A DNA stretch of 63,868 bases, counting the filler, from Octopus bimaculoides (lineage: Eukaryota): the NCBI RefSeq assembly GCF_001194135.2. It is 5 parts of 5 records of this genome, joined end to end, with 100 filler letters (N's around TTAATTAATTAA, not from the genome) between each part and the next. Parts side by side here need not be neighbours in the genome. Positions count along the whole stretch, not along the records: positions 1 to 15,980 come from NC_069004.1; 4 more parts are not named here. One strand, 5' to 3'. This document shows positions 1-10,799 of this stretch, in pieces. Both the position numbers and the translations under genes were made by a program. The notes beneath the pieces were generated by a model. That model saw only the letters and a list, made by a program, of their open reading frames with translations, had not been told where the DNA came from and did not search any database. Numbering within the stretch: position 1 is the stretch's first letter; each line of letters begins with the position of its first letter.

Positions 1-136
1 TGTATGTATGCATGTATATATATATATATATGTATGTACGCATGTATATATATATATTGATAGATATGTGTGTGTGTATATGTGTATGCATGCGTATATA
101 TATATGTATATATATATATGTGTATATATGTGCGTA

Positions 137-168
<32 letters not shown>

Positions 169-677
169 ATGTATGTATGCATGTATATATATATTGATAG
201 ATATGTGTATATATGTGTATGCATGTGTGAGTATAATATACACATATATATGTATACATATACACACATACATGCAGACAGACGTCACACACACACACAC
301 ACATATATACATGTGTATATAAATAGATACAGAGGGACACGTGAATACATTCATACATCCATCCATGTGCACGTGTATACCTGAGTAACTGGCCATCCAC
401 CATCTCCTCCTCTCCTTTTCTAAGTAACTATTGCCTGCTCTTCCACCGCCACCTCGGTGCTTAAAACTCCGTGATTTACTTTTCTACCCCTCATCCTCAT
501 CTTCCTCCTCCTTCTCCTCCTCCTCATTGTAAGCTTTACTACTTCAACACTTGCTCTTTCATTCTCTCTCTCACACAACATATATGTATGTATATACATA
601 TGTATGTGTGTGTATGTATGAATATATGTGTGTGCATATGTATGTTTGTATGCATGTCTATATATATATATGTCTTT

Positions 678-833
678 ATCATCATCATCATTTAACGTCC
701 GCTTTCCATGCTAGCATGGGTTGGACGATTTGACTGATGACTGGTGAAACCAGATGGCTACACCAGGCTCCAATCTGATTTGGCAGAGTTTCTACAGCTG
801 GATGCCCTTCCTAACGCCAACCACTCAGAGAGT
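678..833 (-). mobile_element. RTE-type 3' tail (SINE or truncated LINE) ending in (GAT)n
   Basis: Reverse complement matches the 3' end of the RTE copy at ~6900-7052. Runs into an N gap. Confidence 0.8.
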
Positions 834-1951
834 NNNNNNNNNNNNNNNNNNNNNNNNNNNNNNNNNNNNNNNNNNNNNNNNNNNNNNNNNNNNNNNNNNN
901 NNNNNNNNNNNNNNNNNNNNNNNNNNNNNNNNNNNNNNNNNNNNNNNNNNNNNNNNNNNNNNNNNNNNNNNNNNNNNNNNNNNNNNNNNNNNNNNNNNNN
1001 NNNNNNNNNNNNNNNNNNNNNNNNNNNNNNNNNNNNNNNNNNNNNNNNNNNNNNNNNNNNNNNNNNNNNNNNNNNNNNNNNNNNNNNNNNNNNNNNNNNN
1101 NNNNNNNNNNNNNNNNNNNNNNNNNNNNNNNNNNNNNNNNNNNNNNNNNNNNNNNNNNNNNNNNNNNNNNNNNNNNNNNNNNNNNNNNNNNNNNNNNNNN
1201 NNNNNNNNNNNNNNNNNNNNNNNNNNNNNNNNNNNNNNNNNNNNNNNNNNNNNNNNNNNNNNNNNNNNNNNNNNNNNNNNNNNNNNNNNNNNNNNNNNNN
1301 NNNNNNNNNNNNNNNNNNNNNNNNNNNNNNNNNNNNNNNNNNNNNNNNNNNNNNNNNNNNNNNNNNNNNNNNNTTTTACCAAGTAGATCGGTATATTAAA
1401 ATAACCTTTATAGGTAAAATTATACAAATATTCTATAATTATAAACATAATTATAATTAGGGGTCAGCTAATTGCTTCACTGCATATATATATATATATA
1501 TATATCCATTGAAATAAGAGCCATGACGCAATCCAATATATTAATAAAACTTGTTTATTATCCTATGCGCATTTCGATGCAAGATCCCGACTTACTCTTG
1601 TCTGAGATAAGAAATTAGGGCCTTCCATCTCTTCAGGGCCAAGTTACATTATTTCACAATAGACAACATTATTATTTGAAAATAAATTACATGTATATAG
1701 AGAAGTTCTAATCAGGTTGTTGCGACATGAACCTATTGAAACTGCTTGCAATATCGGTTAAGAAAACCGTTTTATAGTAGAGTAACAAAGTACAATTGTT
1801 ACCCTAGGATATTAAATGACGACATACTTATGACGCTGTTTCATCAAATAAAAAACCGTTAGAGGTTTTTCAAGAAGAAAAGAATTGAAAAGAACAATTA
1901 CCTATTATAGATCTTGCAGAAATACAAATTAATCGTCAATTGTTACCTAGG

Positions 1952-1990
<39 letters not shown>

Positions 1991-1991
1991 T

Positions 1992-2518
1992 TCCATGTTA
2001 AATTAATATAATTGAATTGGAAGTGTTATCATGTACATTGTTTTGTCTTGGTATAAAAAGATGGGCTTCAGCAAATATTCTGCTGAATACCACAGATTTG
2101 CTTGTCAGTTGTTTGACCTTAACCAGTTGAGCATGTCCCTTGGTAGCTGACGATATGTGCATCTCTGATCATGAGCAGAAGTTATGGGAGAGCATCATAG
2201 CCATATGTTGAGAGGAATTCTTTGGGGTGTGAATAATTCACCTCTGGAAACATGGGTGTTTTGCTCAACATCCTTAAACAAACCTTATTCAGAGACTTTT
2301 TGAGCTGGATGGGCTACTCGACCCGAAGAAAATTCTAATTGGACCCCACCTGCAAGGTCATGCGCTATTTATCTTGGTATGAGATCACCATATCACGCAG
2401 ATATGGTTGTGATGCATGTGCCTGGTGTACCCTTATCAGATGGGTAGTCATGATGGGTATATTGGGCTTCGTATATTTTAGCCCAGTGTCACTTTGATGG
2501 CATGCACTGCTCTCTCAC
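1992..2518 (+). mobile_element. Non-coding ~530-bp element bounded by (TAA)n, probable non-autonomous R4/Dong partner
   Basis: Lies between (TAA)n tracts at 1952-1991 and 2519-2532 and has no ORF. The family relationship is inferred. Confidence 0.5.
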
Positions 2519-2532
2519 TAAATAATAATAAT

Positions 2533-2820
2533 CTTCCCCGAATACGAACCTGGAAGGTCACTTAAACGGGATTTGTCTCAAATTAAGCCCCCAAAGTTCA
2601 CCACCACAACGACCACAAAATCAAAATGTAAAAGAACTAAATGGAACCGGGAAGAATATAAAGAATAATATACGCTTATTAATTTGCATTAAGTAGGCCA
2701 ACCCAAGAGAAACACACCGCAAACTCCTACAGAATTTGGAGGAGCCGAAATCCAGCTAGCAGACGAAATCTAGATGAAAACAGATTAGCAAATGTTAGAA
2801 GAGATATCTTCAGAAATACC
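2533..2820 (+). mobile_element. N-terminal fragment of R4/Dong-like non-LTR ORF (degenerate)
   Basis: With one frameshift it reads KRTKWNREEYKE-IIYAY*FALSRP...YRIWRSRNP...LDENRLANVRRDIFRN, resembling the KW..E..K / RLA..RR.I N-terminal (Myb-like) region of R4-clade elements. Confidence 0.55.
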
Positions 2821-2823
2821 ATA

Positions 2824-2863
<40 letters not shown>

Positions 2864-3051
2864 TAATAATAACAACAACCTAGGATATTAAGTGACTACA
2901 TACTTACGATGCTGTTTCATCAAATAGAAAAACAAATTAGAGGTTTGAGAAATGAAAAGACTAATTACCTATTATAGATCGTATAGAAATACAAATTAAT
3001 GGTCAAAGGGAGGTAAATCTAGCAAAATAAGGATTTTGATCTACATCAGTG

Positions 3052-3422
3052 GTTGTTGACGCTCCGTCGCTTACGACGTCGAGGGTTCCAGTTGATCCGA
3101 TGAACGGAACAGCCTACTCGTGTAATTAACGTGCAAGTGGCTGAGCACTCCACAGACACGTGTACCCTTACCGTAGTTCTCGGGGATATTCAGCGTGACA
3201 TAGTGTGACAAGGCTGGCCCTTTGAATTACAGGCACAACAGAAACAGGAAGAAAGAGTGAGAGAAAGTTGTGGTGAAAGAGTACAGCAGGGTTCGCCACC
3301 ATCCCCTGCCGGAGCCTCGTGGAGCTTTTAGGTGTTTTCGCTCAATAAACACTCACAACGCTCGGTCTGGGAATCGAAACCGCGAGTCCGCTGCCCTAAC
3401 CACTGGGCCATTGCGCCTCCAC
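3052..3422 (-). mobile_element. tRNA-derived SINE, family A (head GGAGGCGCAATGGCCCAGTGG)
   Basis: Reverse complement of the copies at 28180 and 45440. Carries A-box TGGCCCAGTGG and B-box GTTTCGATTCCC. Confidence 0.9.
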
Positions 3423-3734
3423 CTCATTGTGGTAAACCCTAACAAATTAAATTTATTTATTTTTAAGATTTAAATGATGGTGGTGGAGGTGGTGGTAGTA
3501 GTAGTAGTAATCGTAGTAGTAGTAGTAGTAGTAGTTATTCTATTAAATATTGAGGATATTTAATCTGGTCATTAAGTATTTTTCTCTCCCTTTAATTTTA
3601 ATTTCATCTAAGGGAGGTAAGTTCTAGAAGACAACAAAAAATCCTTTTCAGAAGTTATTCCCCTTGCATTAGAAAAATTTCTATGCTACCCCTAAATTAT
3701 GGGAGAGGAATATGTTATTATTTCGGTTTTCTGT

Positions 3735-4075
3735 TATATTGGGAAGATCTTAAGAGGTGAAAATCAAACACCTTTGAAACGGAGGCGAGCCTACTGTTGG
3801 TGGCATTCAAAGTGGTGCAACATTTAAAAAAATCAGCAATGGTTCTTCCAAATATACCACTTTCGAAATCACGAGCAAAAACATTCTGTTGTACCAGTCT
3901 GATATTTAGAGGTCCTCAATTGTTTAAATGCTAACCAAAAGAAATTAGAAATAAGAAAGGGACTCCTATCAAAACATTTATTTTAAAAATCGCCTAACGT
4001 CGATATCAGATCAGCCAGCTATCCAAGGAGACATTCAATCATAGAGCAACTTCCAGCCATAATGCGATAACAAAA
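3735..4075 (+). mobile_element. Degenerate CR1/L2-group LINE 3' coding end
   Basis: Reads YIGKILRG...RGPQLFKC*PKEIRN...LTSISDQP across stops and frameshifts, resembling the GP.LFN.LP..IRN...PDQP C-terminus of such elements. Confidence 0.55.
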
Positions 4076-4199
4076 CTGAAAAAAATATAGCCGGTACTCC
4101 AGCATGGCCGCTGTCCCACGACTGAAACCATTAAAAGAATTTTTACGATGGAAAAATCTCTCTTGGGTTTGCTAAAAAAGAATCATGTCTATCATTGTA

Positions 4200-4450
4200 T
4201 TAGGTTGGTGCATAATTATTGCAGCTTTTTTTCAACAAATTTTATTCAACAAAAACAATAATAATATTTAACAAAAACTATTTAAATGACGGTCTGACCG
4301 TCTGCCAAGCAAATGGGAAGCAGTAATTGAAGTAGATGGTGAATATGGTCCGGAATAATTATTTAAAGATGTTTTTGTTACGTGATGTTACTGTTTTTGT
4401 TGAATAAAATTTGTAGAAAAAAAATCCGCAATAATTATGCACCAACCCAA
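4200..4450 (+). mobile_element. Mariner-derived MITE with long TIRs and TA TSD
   Basis: TIR ttaggttggtgcataattattgc / gcaataattatgcaccaacccaa with TA at 4198-4199 and 4451-4452. Imperfect inverted repeats extend ~85 bp and the centre reads DRLPSKWEAVIEVDGEYGPE*. Confidence 0.88.
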
Positions 4451-5545
4451 TATAATGTGTCGCGTGTTCATTCGTATAAGCAACAAAAGAAACCAACTTT
4501 AAAATAACAATGAGATTTTATACTTTCGTAAAGTGGTTACAATGGATCAAAGCAAGAAACACTAGCTTAATGTTCCACTCAATGGGACTGAAACTGAACC
4601 TAGAACCATGTGGTTGGGAAGCAAACTTCTTACCACACACCTACGCTATATATATGTATATGTGTGTGTGTATGTATATGTATATACACACACACACACA
4701 CACACACACAATGGGCTTCTTAAAATTTCCTAGCTGAATGTACCACCCAATGGGACTGAACCCAGAACCATGTGGTTGGGAAGCAAACTTCGTACCACGT
4801 AGCCATGTCATTGAGTATGATATATAGATGGCTACTTTGACCTAATTCTGCATCAGTCGAGTGAACTGTAACTGTTATGACAGGAAAATCTGTGAGAGAT
4901 TTTTAACATTTTTAGCAACAGAAAACAACCCATCCATGACCATGTTCAATAAAATACAAATCTTGGGTGAATGTAAGCTTATGCTTGAAAATCTTCCAGG
5001 TCAGTTCTTTGAGAATGGATGAAGCATGAAGGTTTCAATGAAAGGACTATGAATCCTCTTTAGAAACATTAACAGGTATGTAGGCAGGTATTTCAAAAAG
5101 CATTTCTTTGTAAAGAACAAATGTCGATCAACCGTGACTGAAGAGTGCTTAAATTTTTTGTCAAGAATGTCTTGAGAAAATGACATTTCAAGAAAACTCT
5201 TTGAGGAAACTTTGCCTGGAGATGTTTTTAGAAAAGACTGAGAAAAAGTATTCAGTATAATGTGCCTCATGTATTGTATATTGGTTTCGAATTTTAGCAC
5301 AAGGGCAGAAATTTGGGGGGAGGGGGTGAGTCAATTACATCAACCCCAGTGTTTTACTGGTACTTAATTTATTGACCCTGAAAGGCTGAAAGGCAAAGTG
5401 GAGACTTTGGGGGAATTTGAACTCAGAATGTAAAGTCAGATGAAATGCCGCTAAGCATTTCGCCTGGCATGCTCACCATTCTGCTGCCTCAGAGAATACC
5501 AGTTATGTTATTAACAGGAATAACAGCCTTGCCAGCACTTGTAAT

Positions 5546-5693
5546 ACGTAAAGTTACCTTCCTGAGTCACACCGACTCATAAGAGTCGGTTTCCTGGCTC
5601 CCATAGCGTATATATTCCCTACCTGGATAGGACGCCAGTCCTTCGCAGGATTACTTCATTTTTGCCAGCTGATGGATGGGAGCAACGTGAAAT
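5546..5693 (-). mobile_element. SINE fragment abutting the RTE 5' end
   Basis: Contains gccagctga..gga.caacgtgaaatgaag, shared with the SINE at 12993-13298. Confidence 0.65.
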
Positions 5694-7050
5694 GAAGGGC
5701 CTTAGAGTCAATGTTGCAAAGACCAAAGTTCTAGTAAGTGGGAAGGCGAACACATCACACACCCCTTCAGGTAGGTGGCCCTGCTCAATCTGTAGAAAAG
5801 GTGTACGTAGAAACTCCATAAGATATACCCAGTGTAAGCTATGGACACATAAGAGGTGCAGCAACATCAAAGGAAGATTAACTGGGAAGATAGCTTTCAT
5901 GTGCGGCCAATGCACAGGGGCAATAAACACCACAAGTATTCAGAAAACAGATTCTATCACATGCCAGGGAGAGAAACTAGCAGTAGTTGATAGCTTCTGC
6001 TACTTAGGTAACCAAGTATGTAGTGGGGGTGGATGCTCAGAGAGTGTTACCACTAGAATAAGAATAGCCTGGGAAAAGTTCAGAAAGCTTCTACCCCTAC
6101 TGGTGACAAAGGGCCTCTCGCTCAGAGTGAAAGGTAGATTGTACGATGCATGTGTGCGAACTGCCATGATTCACGGCAGTGAAACATGGGCTNNNNNNNN
6201 NNAGTGAAAGGTAGATTGTACGATGCATGTGTGCGAACTGCCATGATTCACGGCAGTGAAACATGGGCTGTGACTGCTGAAGACATGCGTAGGCTCAAAA
6301 GAAATAAAGCTAGCATGATCCACTGGATGTGTAATGTCAGTGTGCACACACGACAGAGTGTAAGCACCCTGAGAGAAATGTTAGGCATATGAAGCATCAA
6401 ATGTGGCATGCAAGAGAGATGTTTGCATTGGGATGGTCATGTACTGTGGATGGACAAGGAGAGCTGTGTGAAGAAGTGCCACTCCCAAACAGTTGAAGGA
6501 ATCCGGGGTAGAGGGAAACCCAGGAAGACATGGGATGAGGTGGTGAAGCATGACCTTCGAACATGAGGCCTCAAGGAGGCAATGACAAAAGACCGAGACC
6601 TCTGGAGGTATTCTGTGACTGAGAAGACCCTGCAAATAAAGTGAGTTCACAGCTGTAACCACACCAGCGTTGCATAACCAGCCCACTCAAAACTACCTTG
6701 GATCATAGGGCGACATGCCATGCTTGAGGAGACCAATTGACTCAAGTACATCAACATCAACATCAATATCAAATTACAATCAAATGGAAATTGTAATTCT
6801 GACCCCTGTGCCAGTAGCACGTAAAAAGCACCATCCAGTCATGGTTGATGCCAGTTCCCCTGGCCTGTGCTGGTGGCACGTAAAAAGCACCCACAACACT
6901 CACGGAGTGGTTGGCGTTAGGAAGGGCATCCAGCTGTGGAAACACTGCCAGATCAGATTGGGGCCTGGTGCAGCCTCCTGGCTTGCCAGACCCCAGTCGA
7001 ACCGTCCAACCCATGCCAGCATGGAAAACGGACTTTAAACGATGATGATG

Positions 7051-7052
<2 letters not shown>
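5694..7052 (+). mobile_element. 5'-truncated RTE-clade LINE (RT C-terminus, 3'UTR, (GAT)n tail)
   Basis: Reads KGLRVNVAKTKV...CSIC..C..H..C...DSFCYLG...RIRIAWEKFRKLLPLL...YDACVRTAMIHGSETWA. Later in-frame stops at ~6390 and ~6566. Ends aaacgatgatgatgat at 7041-7052. Confidence 0.9.
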
Positions 7053-7081
<29 letters not shown>

Positions 7082-7090
7082 TATGTATAT

Positions 7091-7597
7091 ATCATCCTCA
7101 TCATCATCGTTTAACGTCCGCTTTCCATGCTAGCATGGGTTGGACGATTTGACTGAGGACTGGTGAACCAGATGGCTACACCAGGCTCCANNNNNNNNNN
7201 NNNNNNNNNNNNNNNNNNNNNNNNNNNNNNNNNNNNNNNNNNNNNNNNNNNNNNNNNNNNNNNNNNNNNNNNNNNNNNNNNNNNNNNNNNNNNNNNNNNN
7301 NNNNNNNNNNNNNNNNNNNNNNNNNNNNNNNNNNNNNNNNNNNNNNNNNNNNNNNNNNNNNNNNNNNNNNNNNNNNNNNNNNNNNNNNNNNNNNNNNNNN
7401 NNNNNNNNNNNNNNNNNNNNNNNNNNNNNNNNNNNNNNNNNNNNNNNNNNNNNNNNNNNNNNNNNNNNNNNNNNNNNNNNNNNNNNNNNNNNNNNNNNNN
7501 NNNNNNNNNNNNCAAGGCTGCGGCACAAGTGCCAGGAAGGCGAAACTGCGGCACAAATGCCAGGAAGGCGACACTGGTAACGATCACGCTCGAAAGG
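7091..7597 (-). mobile_element. RTE-type 3'UTR/tail copy spanning an N gap
   Basis: Reverse complement of the 6900-7052 tail. ~27-bp internal repeats (ctgcggcacaa.tgccaggaaggcga) follow the gap. Confidence 0.7.
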
Positions 7598-7603
7598 TAT
7601 ATA

Positions 7604-7664
<61 letters not shown>

Positions 7665-7877
7665 ATATAATTGAAAAAGTTTGGAATCAACAAGGAGTAT
7701 GGTTGGGAATACTCCTTGTTGACTCTAAGTTCTTTCAGTTATCTATTCAAACACAACAGATGCCCAAATGCAAACCTGGAAGTACGTATGATACTTCTAC
7801 AGGATAGCACAGGGTGAAATCTGAAGGTGGACGATCTTTATACTGTACTCTACTATGTTCTCAACAGAATATTGGCA

Positions 7878-8111
7878 CCTATGCCAGTGGCATGTAAACG
7901 CATCCCAGTGTCACACAAATGGCACTCGTGCAGGTAGCACGTAAACGCGCCCCTTACACTCTTGAAGTGGTTGGTGTCAGGAAGGGCATCCAACCATAGA
8001 AAACCATACCAAATCAGACTGGAATCTGGTGCAGCCTTCCAGCGTGCTAGCCCAGTCAACCTGTCCAATTCATGCCAGCATGGACAACAGATGTTAAATG
8101 ATGATGATGAT
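7878..8111 (+). mobile_element. Diverged RTE-type 3' tail copy
   Basis: Reads ggaagggcatccaacc...aacctgtccaattcatgccagcatggacaacagatgttaaatgatgatgatg. Confidence 0.8.
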
Positions 8112-8298
8112 ATATATATATATATGTATATATAAATAGTATTTATCACAGCTGTTCGATGAATGGGAATGTGAAACTCTGAGTAACAGTTCTGTGATAA
8201 TTTTGCAGCTCTAATAAAAAAAGTGTATTACTCTGCCTTTGGTATTTGAGCACTATTTTTTCTCTCACCTTGTTTTGCACTTACGTGCTCACCCATGT

Positions 8299-8345
<47 letters not shown>

Positions 8346-8785
8346 NNNNNNNNNNNNNNNNNNNNNNNNNNNNNNNNNNNNNNNNNNNNNNNNNNNNNNN
8401 NNNNNNNNNNNNNNNNNNNNNNNNNNNNNNNNNNNNNNNNNNNNNNNNNNNNNNNNNNNNNNNNNNNNNNNNNNNNNNNNNNNNNNNNNNNNNNNNNNNN
8501 NNNNNNNNNNNNNNNNNNNNNNNNNNNNNNNNNNNNNNNNNNNNNNNNNNNNNNNNNNNNNNNNNNNNNNNNNNNNNNNNNNNNNNNNNNNNNNNNNNNN
8601 NNNNNNNNNNNNNNNNNNNNNNNNNNNNNNNNNNNNNNNNNNNNNNNNNNNNNNNNNNNNNNNNNNNNNNNNNNNNNNNNNNNNNNNNNNNNNNNNNAGA
8701 CAAGGAGAAAAACACGGAGAAAAAAAATTGAATAGTGTTCAGTCAACGGTCAATCATATATATATATATATATATTATATGTGTC

Positions 8786-9068
8786 TTTGTGAGTGGATTT
8801 GGTAGACGGAAACTGAAAGAAGCCCATCGTATATATGTATATACATATATGTACGTGTGTGTATGTGTTTGTCCCCCCAACACCGCTTGACAACCGATGC
8901 TGGTGTGTTTACGTCCTCGTAACTTAGCGGTTCGGTAAAAGTGACCGATAGAATAAGTACTAGGCTTACAAAGAATAAGTCCTGGGGTTGATTTGCTCGA
9001 CTGAAGGCGGTGTTCCAGCATGGCCACAGTCAAATGACTGAAACAAGTAAAAGAGTAAAGAGTAAAGA
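8786..9068 (+). mobile_element. SINE family C (OR/CORE-type) 3' half with internal microsatellite
   Basis: gtgagtggatttggtagacggaaactgaaagaagccc + (TA/TG)n + ...cagtcaaatgactgaaacaagtaaaagag tail. Confidence 0.85.
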
Positions 9069-9245
9069 GAAATAGACAGACAGATAGAGAGACAGACAAA
9101 TAGACAGATAGATAGAGACATGCAGATAGACAGACAGACAGATAGACAGATACATAGATAGATAGATAGATAGATAGATAGAGCCATGAAGACAGACAGA
9201 CAGGTAGGCAGACGGACAGACAAAGCACACAGAGAGACAGATAAA
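9069..9245. repeat. (GATA/GACA)n compound microsatellite
   Basis: Direct inspection. Confidence 0.9.
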
Positions 9246-9939
9246 TCGGTAAAAATTCACACGAACACAATAAAATCTGGGATCCTTTTCTATTTCACAA
9301 CAGATATTGATTGAATTTAACAATAATTAATAATTTTCGTATCTAAATTAACTTCCAACAATGTTTATATATATGTATACATTTACATATCTCAACACAC
9401 ACATTTTTTAATAATCATGTTATCTTGCGCGTGCGTATGGCGGATGCGTGCGCGACCGTCCTTGAGGGTTTGGGTTCAAGGTCGTCACCGCCGTCGATCT
9501 TTTTCTATTGTTGGTAATAAGAGCACGCCTGCCTCTCCCTCTCCCCCTCTCTCCCATTTACACTCGTACTCTCTCTCTTTGTTTTTATCTCTCTCTCTCT
9601 CTCTCTGCCTATCGTTCCTTTCTTACATTTTTCTTCTCCTCTTCCTCTGCCTCCTTCATCCGCCCCTCCCTTTACCTCTATTACTCTCATTTCCCCCTCT
9701 CTCTATCTTTCTTATACAGTGTCGTAGCAGCTATGTAATTCCACTATACCTTCCTATCTATTTATACATACTTTAACATATATATATATATATATACATA
9801 GATAGATCTTAACTGTATCTATCACGCTACCAATCGAGAAGGAATTTGTCTGTTTCTGTCGCAGACTTTCCTCTCTTTCTTTTTTTCCTCCTTTATTCCA
9901 TCCAAAAAACGCAGAAACAGCGTCGAAGTAAGGCCGTTA

Positions 9940-10138
9940 AGACTGTGCCAATTCCATCAGATCAGCATTAGTTTTGGTTTGTTTCATTTAATTTTCTTTG
10001 GTTTTAATTTCCAGTCGGCTTATATACTTCCACTGCACACCACTCGCATCCCAAGCTACAGTCGCGACTCTATACTCCAAGAGAGACCATTAAAAAACCG
10101 GAGGAAAAAAATCCCTTGAAACACAGACACAGCTCAAC
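9940..10138 (+). promoter_or_regulatory. Putative PGM1 core promoter / 5'UTR
   Basis: Non-repetitive, relatively CpG-containing sequence directly upstream of the ATG. TATA-like TTATATAC lies near 10020 and palindrome AGTCGCGACT at 10060-10069. TSS cannot be determined. Confidence 0.5.
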
Positions 10139-10384
10139 ATGGCCCTGGAGGTTTCAACGGTGATCACCAAGCCGTTTGACGGTCAAAAACCGGGAACAAG
10201 CGGCCTCCGCAAACCTGTGAAGGTGTATATGGAAGAGAACTATACCGAGAACTTTATACAGTCGATGTTGACTGCGGCCCTGGGGGATAAGCTGAAAAAC
10301 TCCACCCTGGTTGTTGGAGGAGATGGACGTTATTATGTTAAAGAAGCTGTCCTGAAGATCATCCAGATGTGTGCTGCCAATGAT
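10139..10384 (+). CDS. PGM1: Phosphoglucomutase-1, first coding exon (82 codons, phase-0 donor)
   Basis: Translation MALEVSTVITKPFDGQKPGTSGLRKPVKVY...NYTENFIQS...TLVVGGDGRYY...AAND carries the PGM1 N-terminal motifs QKPGTSGLRK, ENFIQS and VVGGDGR. Start context is caacATGg and donor GTATGT is at 10385-10390. Confidence 0.96.
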
Positions 10385-10690
10385 GTATGTATACACTAAT
10401 GTATATTTATTGTATATTAGACGTGTATATTGCATGTATGCACACACGCACGTACACACACATGTATGTATGTAAATATATGTAAATATATATGTAAATA
10501 TATAAACATCCCCTGGTTGCTTGGATGCTTCAGACTACCCCTGAAGAATCGAGGCAAACCTACCACTTATATATATATATATATAAAGAGAGAGAGAGAG
10601 GTGTAGATAGATAGATAGATGTATATACGTGTATGTGTGTATAAATCATCTCTCTGTATATGCATGTATATACATGCATGTGTGCGTGTG

Positions 10691-10759
<69 letters not shown>

Positions 10760-10799
10760 GTATATACATATATATATATATATATATATTTAAATGCAA

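Larger units (their letters stand above)
1794..3006 (+). repeat. Two ~145-bp tandem units, the second split by a (TAA)n-bounded composite insertion
   Basis: The unit cctaggatatt..catactta..gctgtttcatcaaata..attacctattatagatc..aatacaaattaat occurs at ~1802-1937 and ~2879-3006. ACCTAGGATA is duplicated at 1945-1954 and 2878-2887. Confidence 0.7.

Noticed and set aside
12-733. YI/CV/HT-repeat ORFs here and throughout the ORF track, and all X-filled ORFs
   Set aside because: These are translations of (TA)n/(TG)n/(CA)n microsatellites and N gaps.
5001-5300. 99-aa minus-strand ORF and a plus-strand AG...GTATGT exon-like segment (5000-5077)
   Set aside because: No recognisable domain, and the plus segment has stops in all frames.
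6125-6270. 68-bp direct repeat inside the RTE ORF
   Set aside because: The exact copies flank a 10-N gap, which is unmerged contig overlap.
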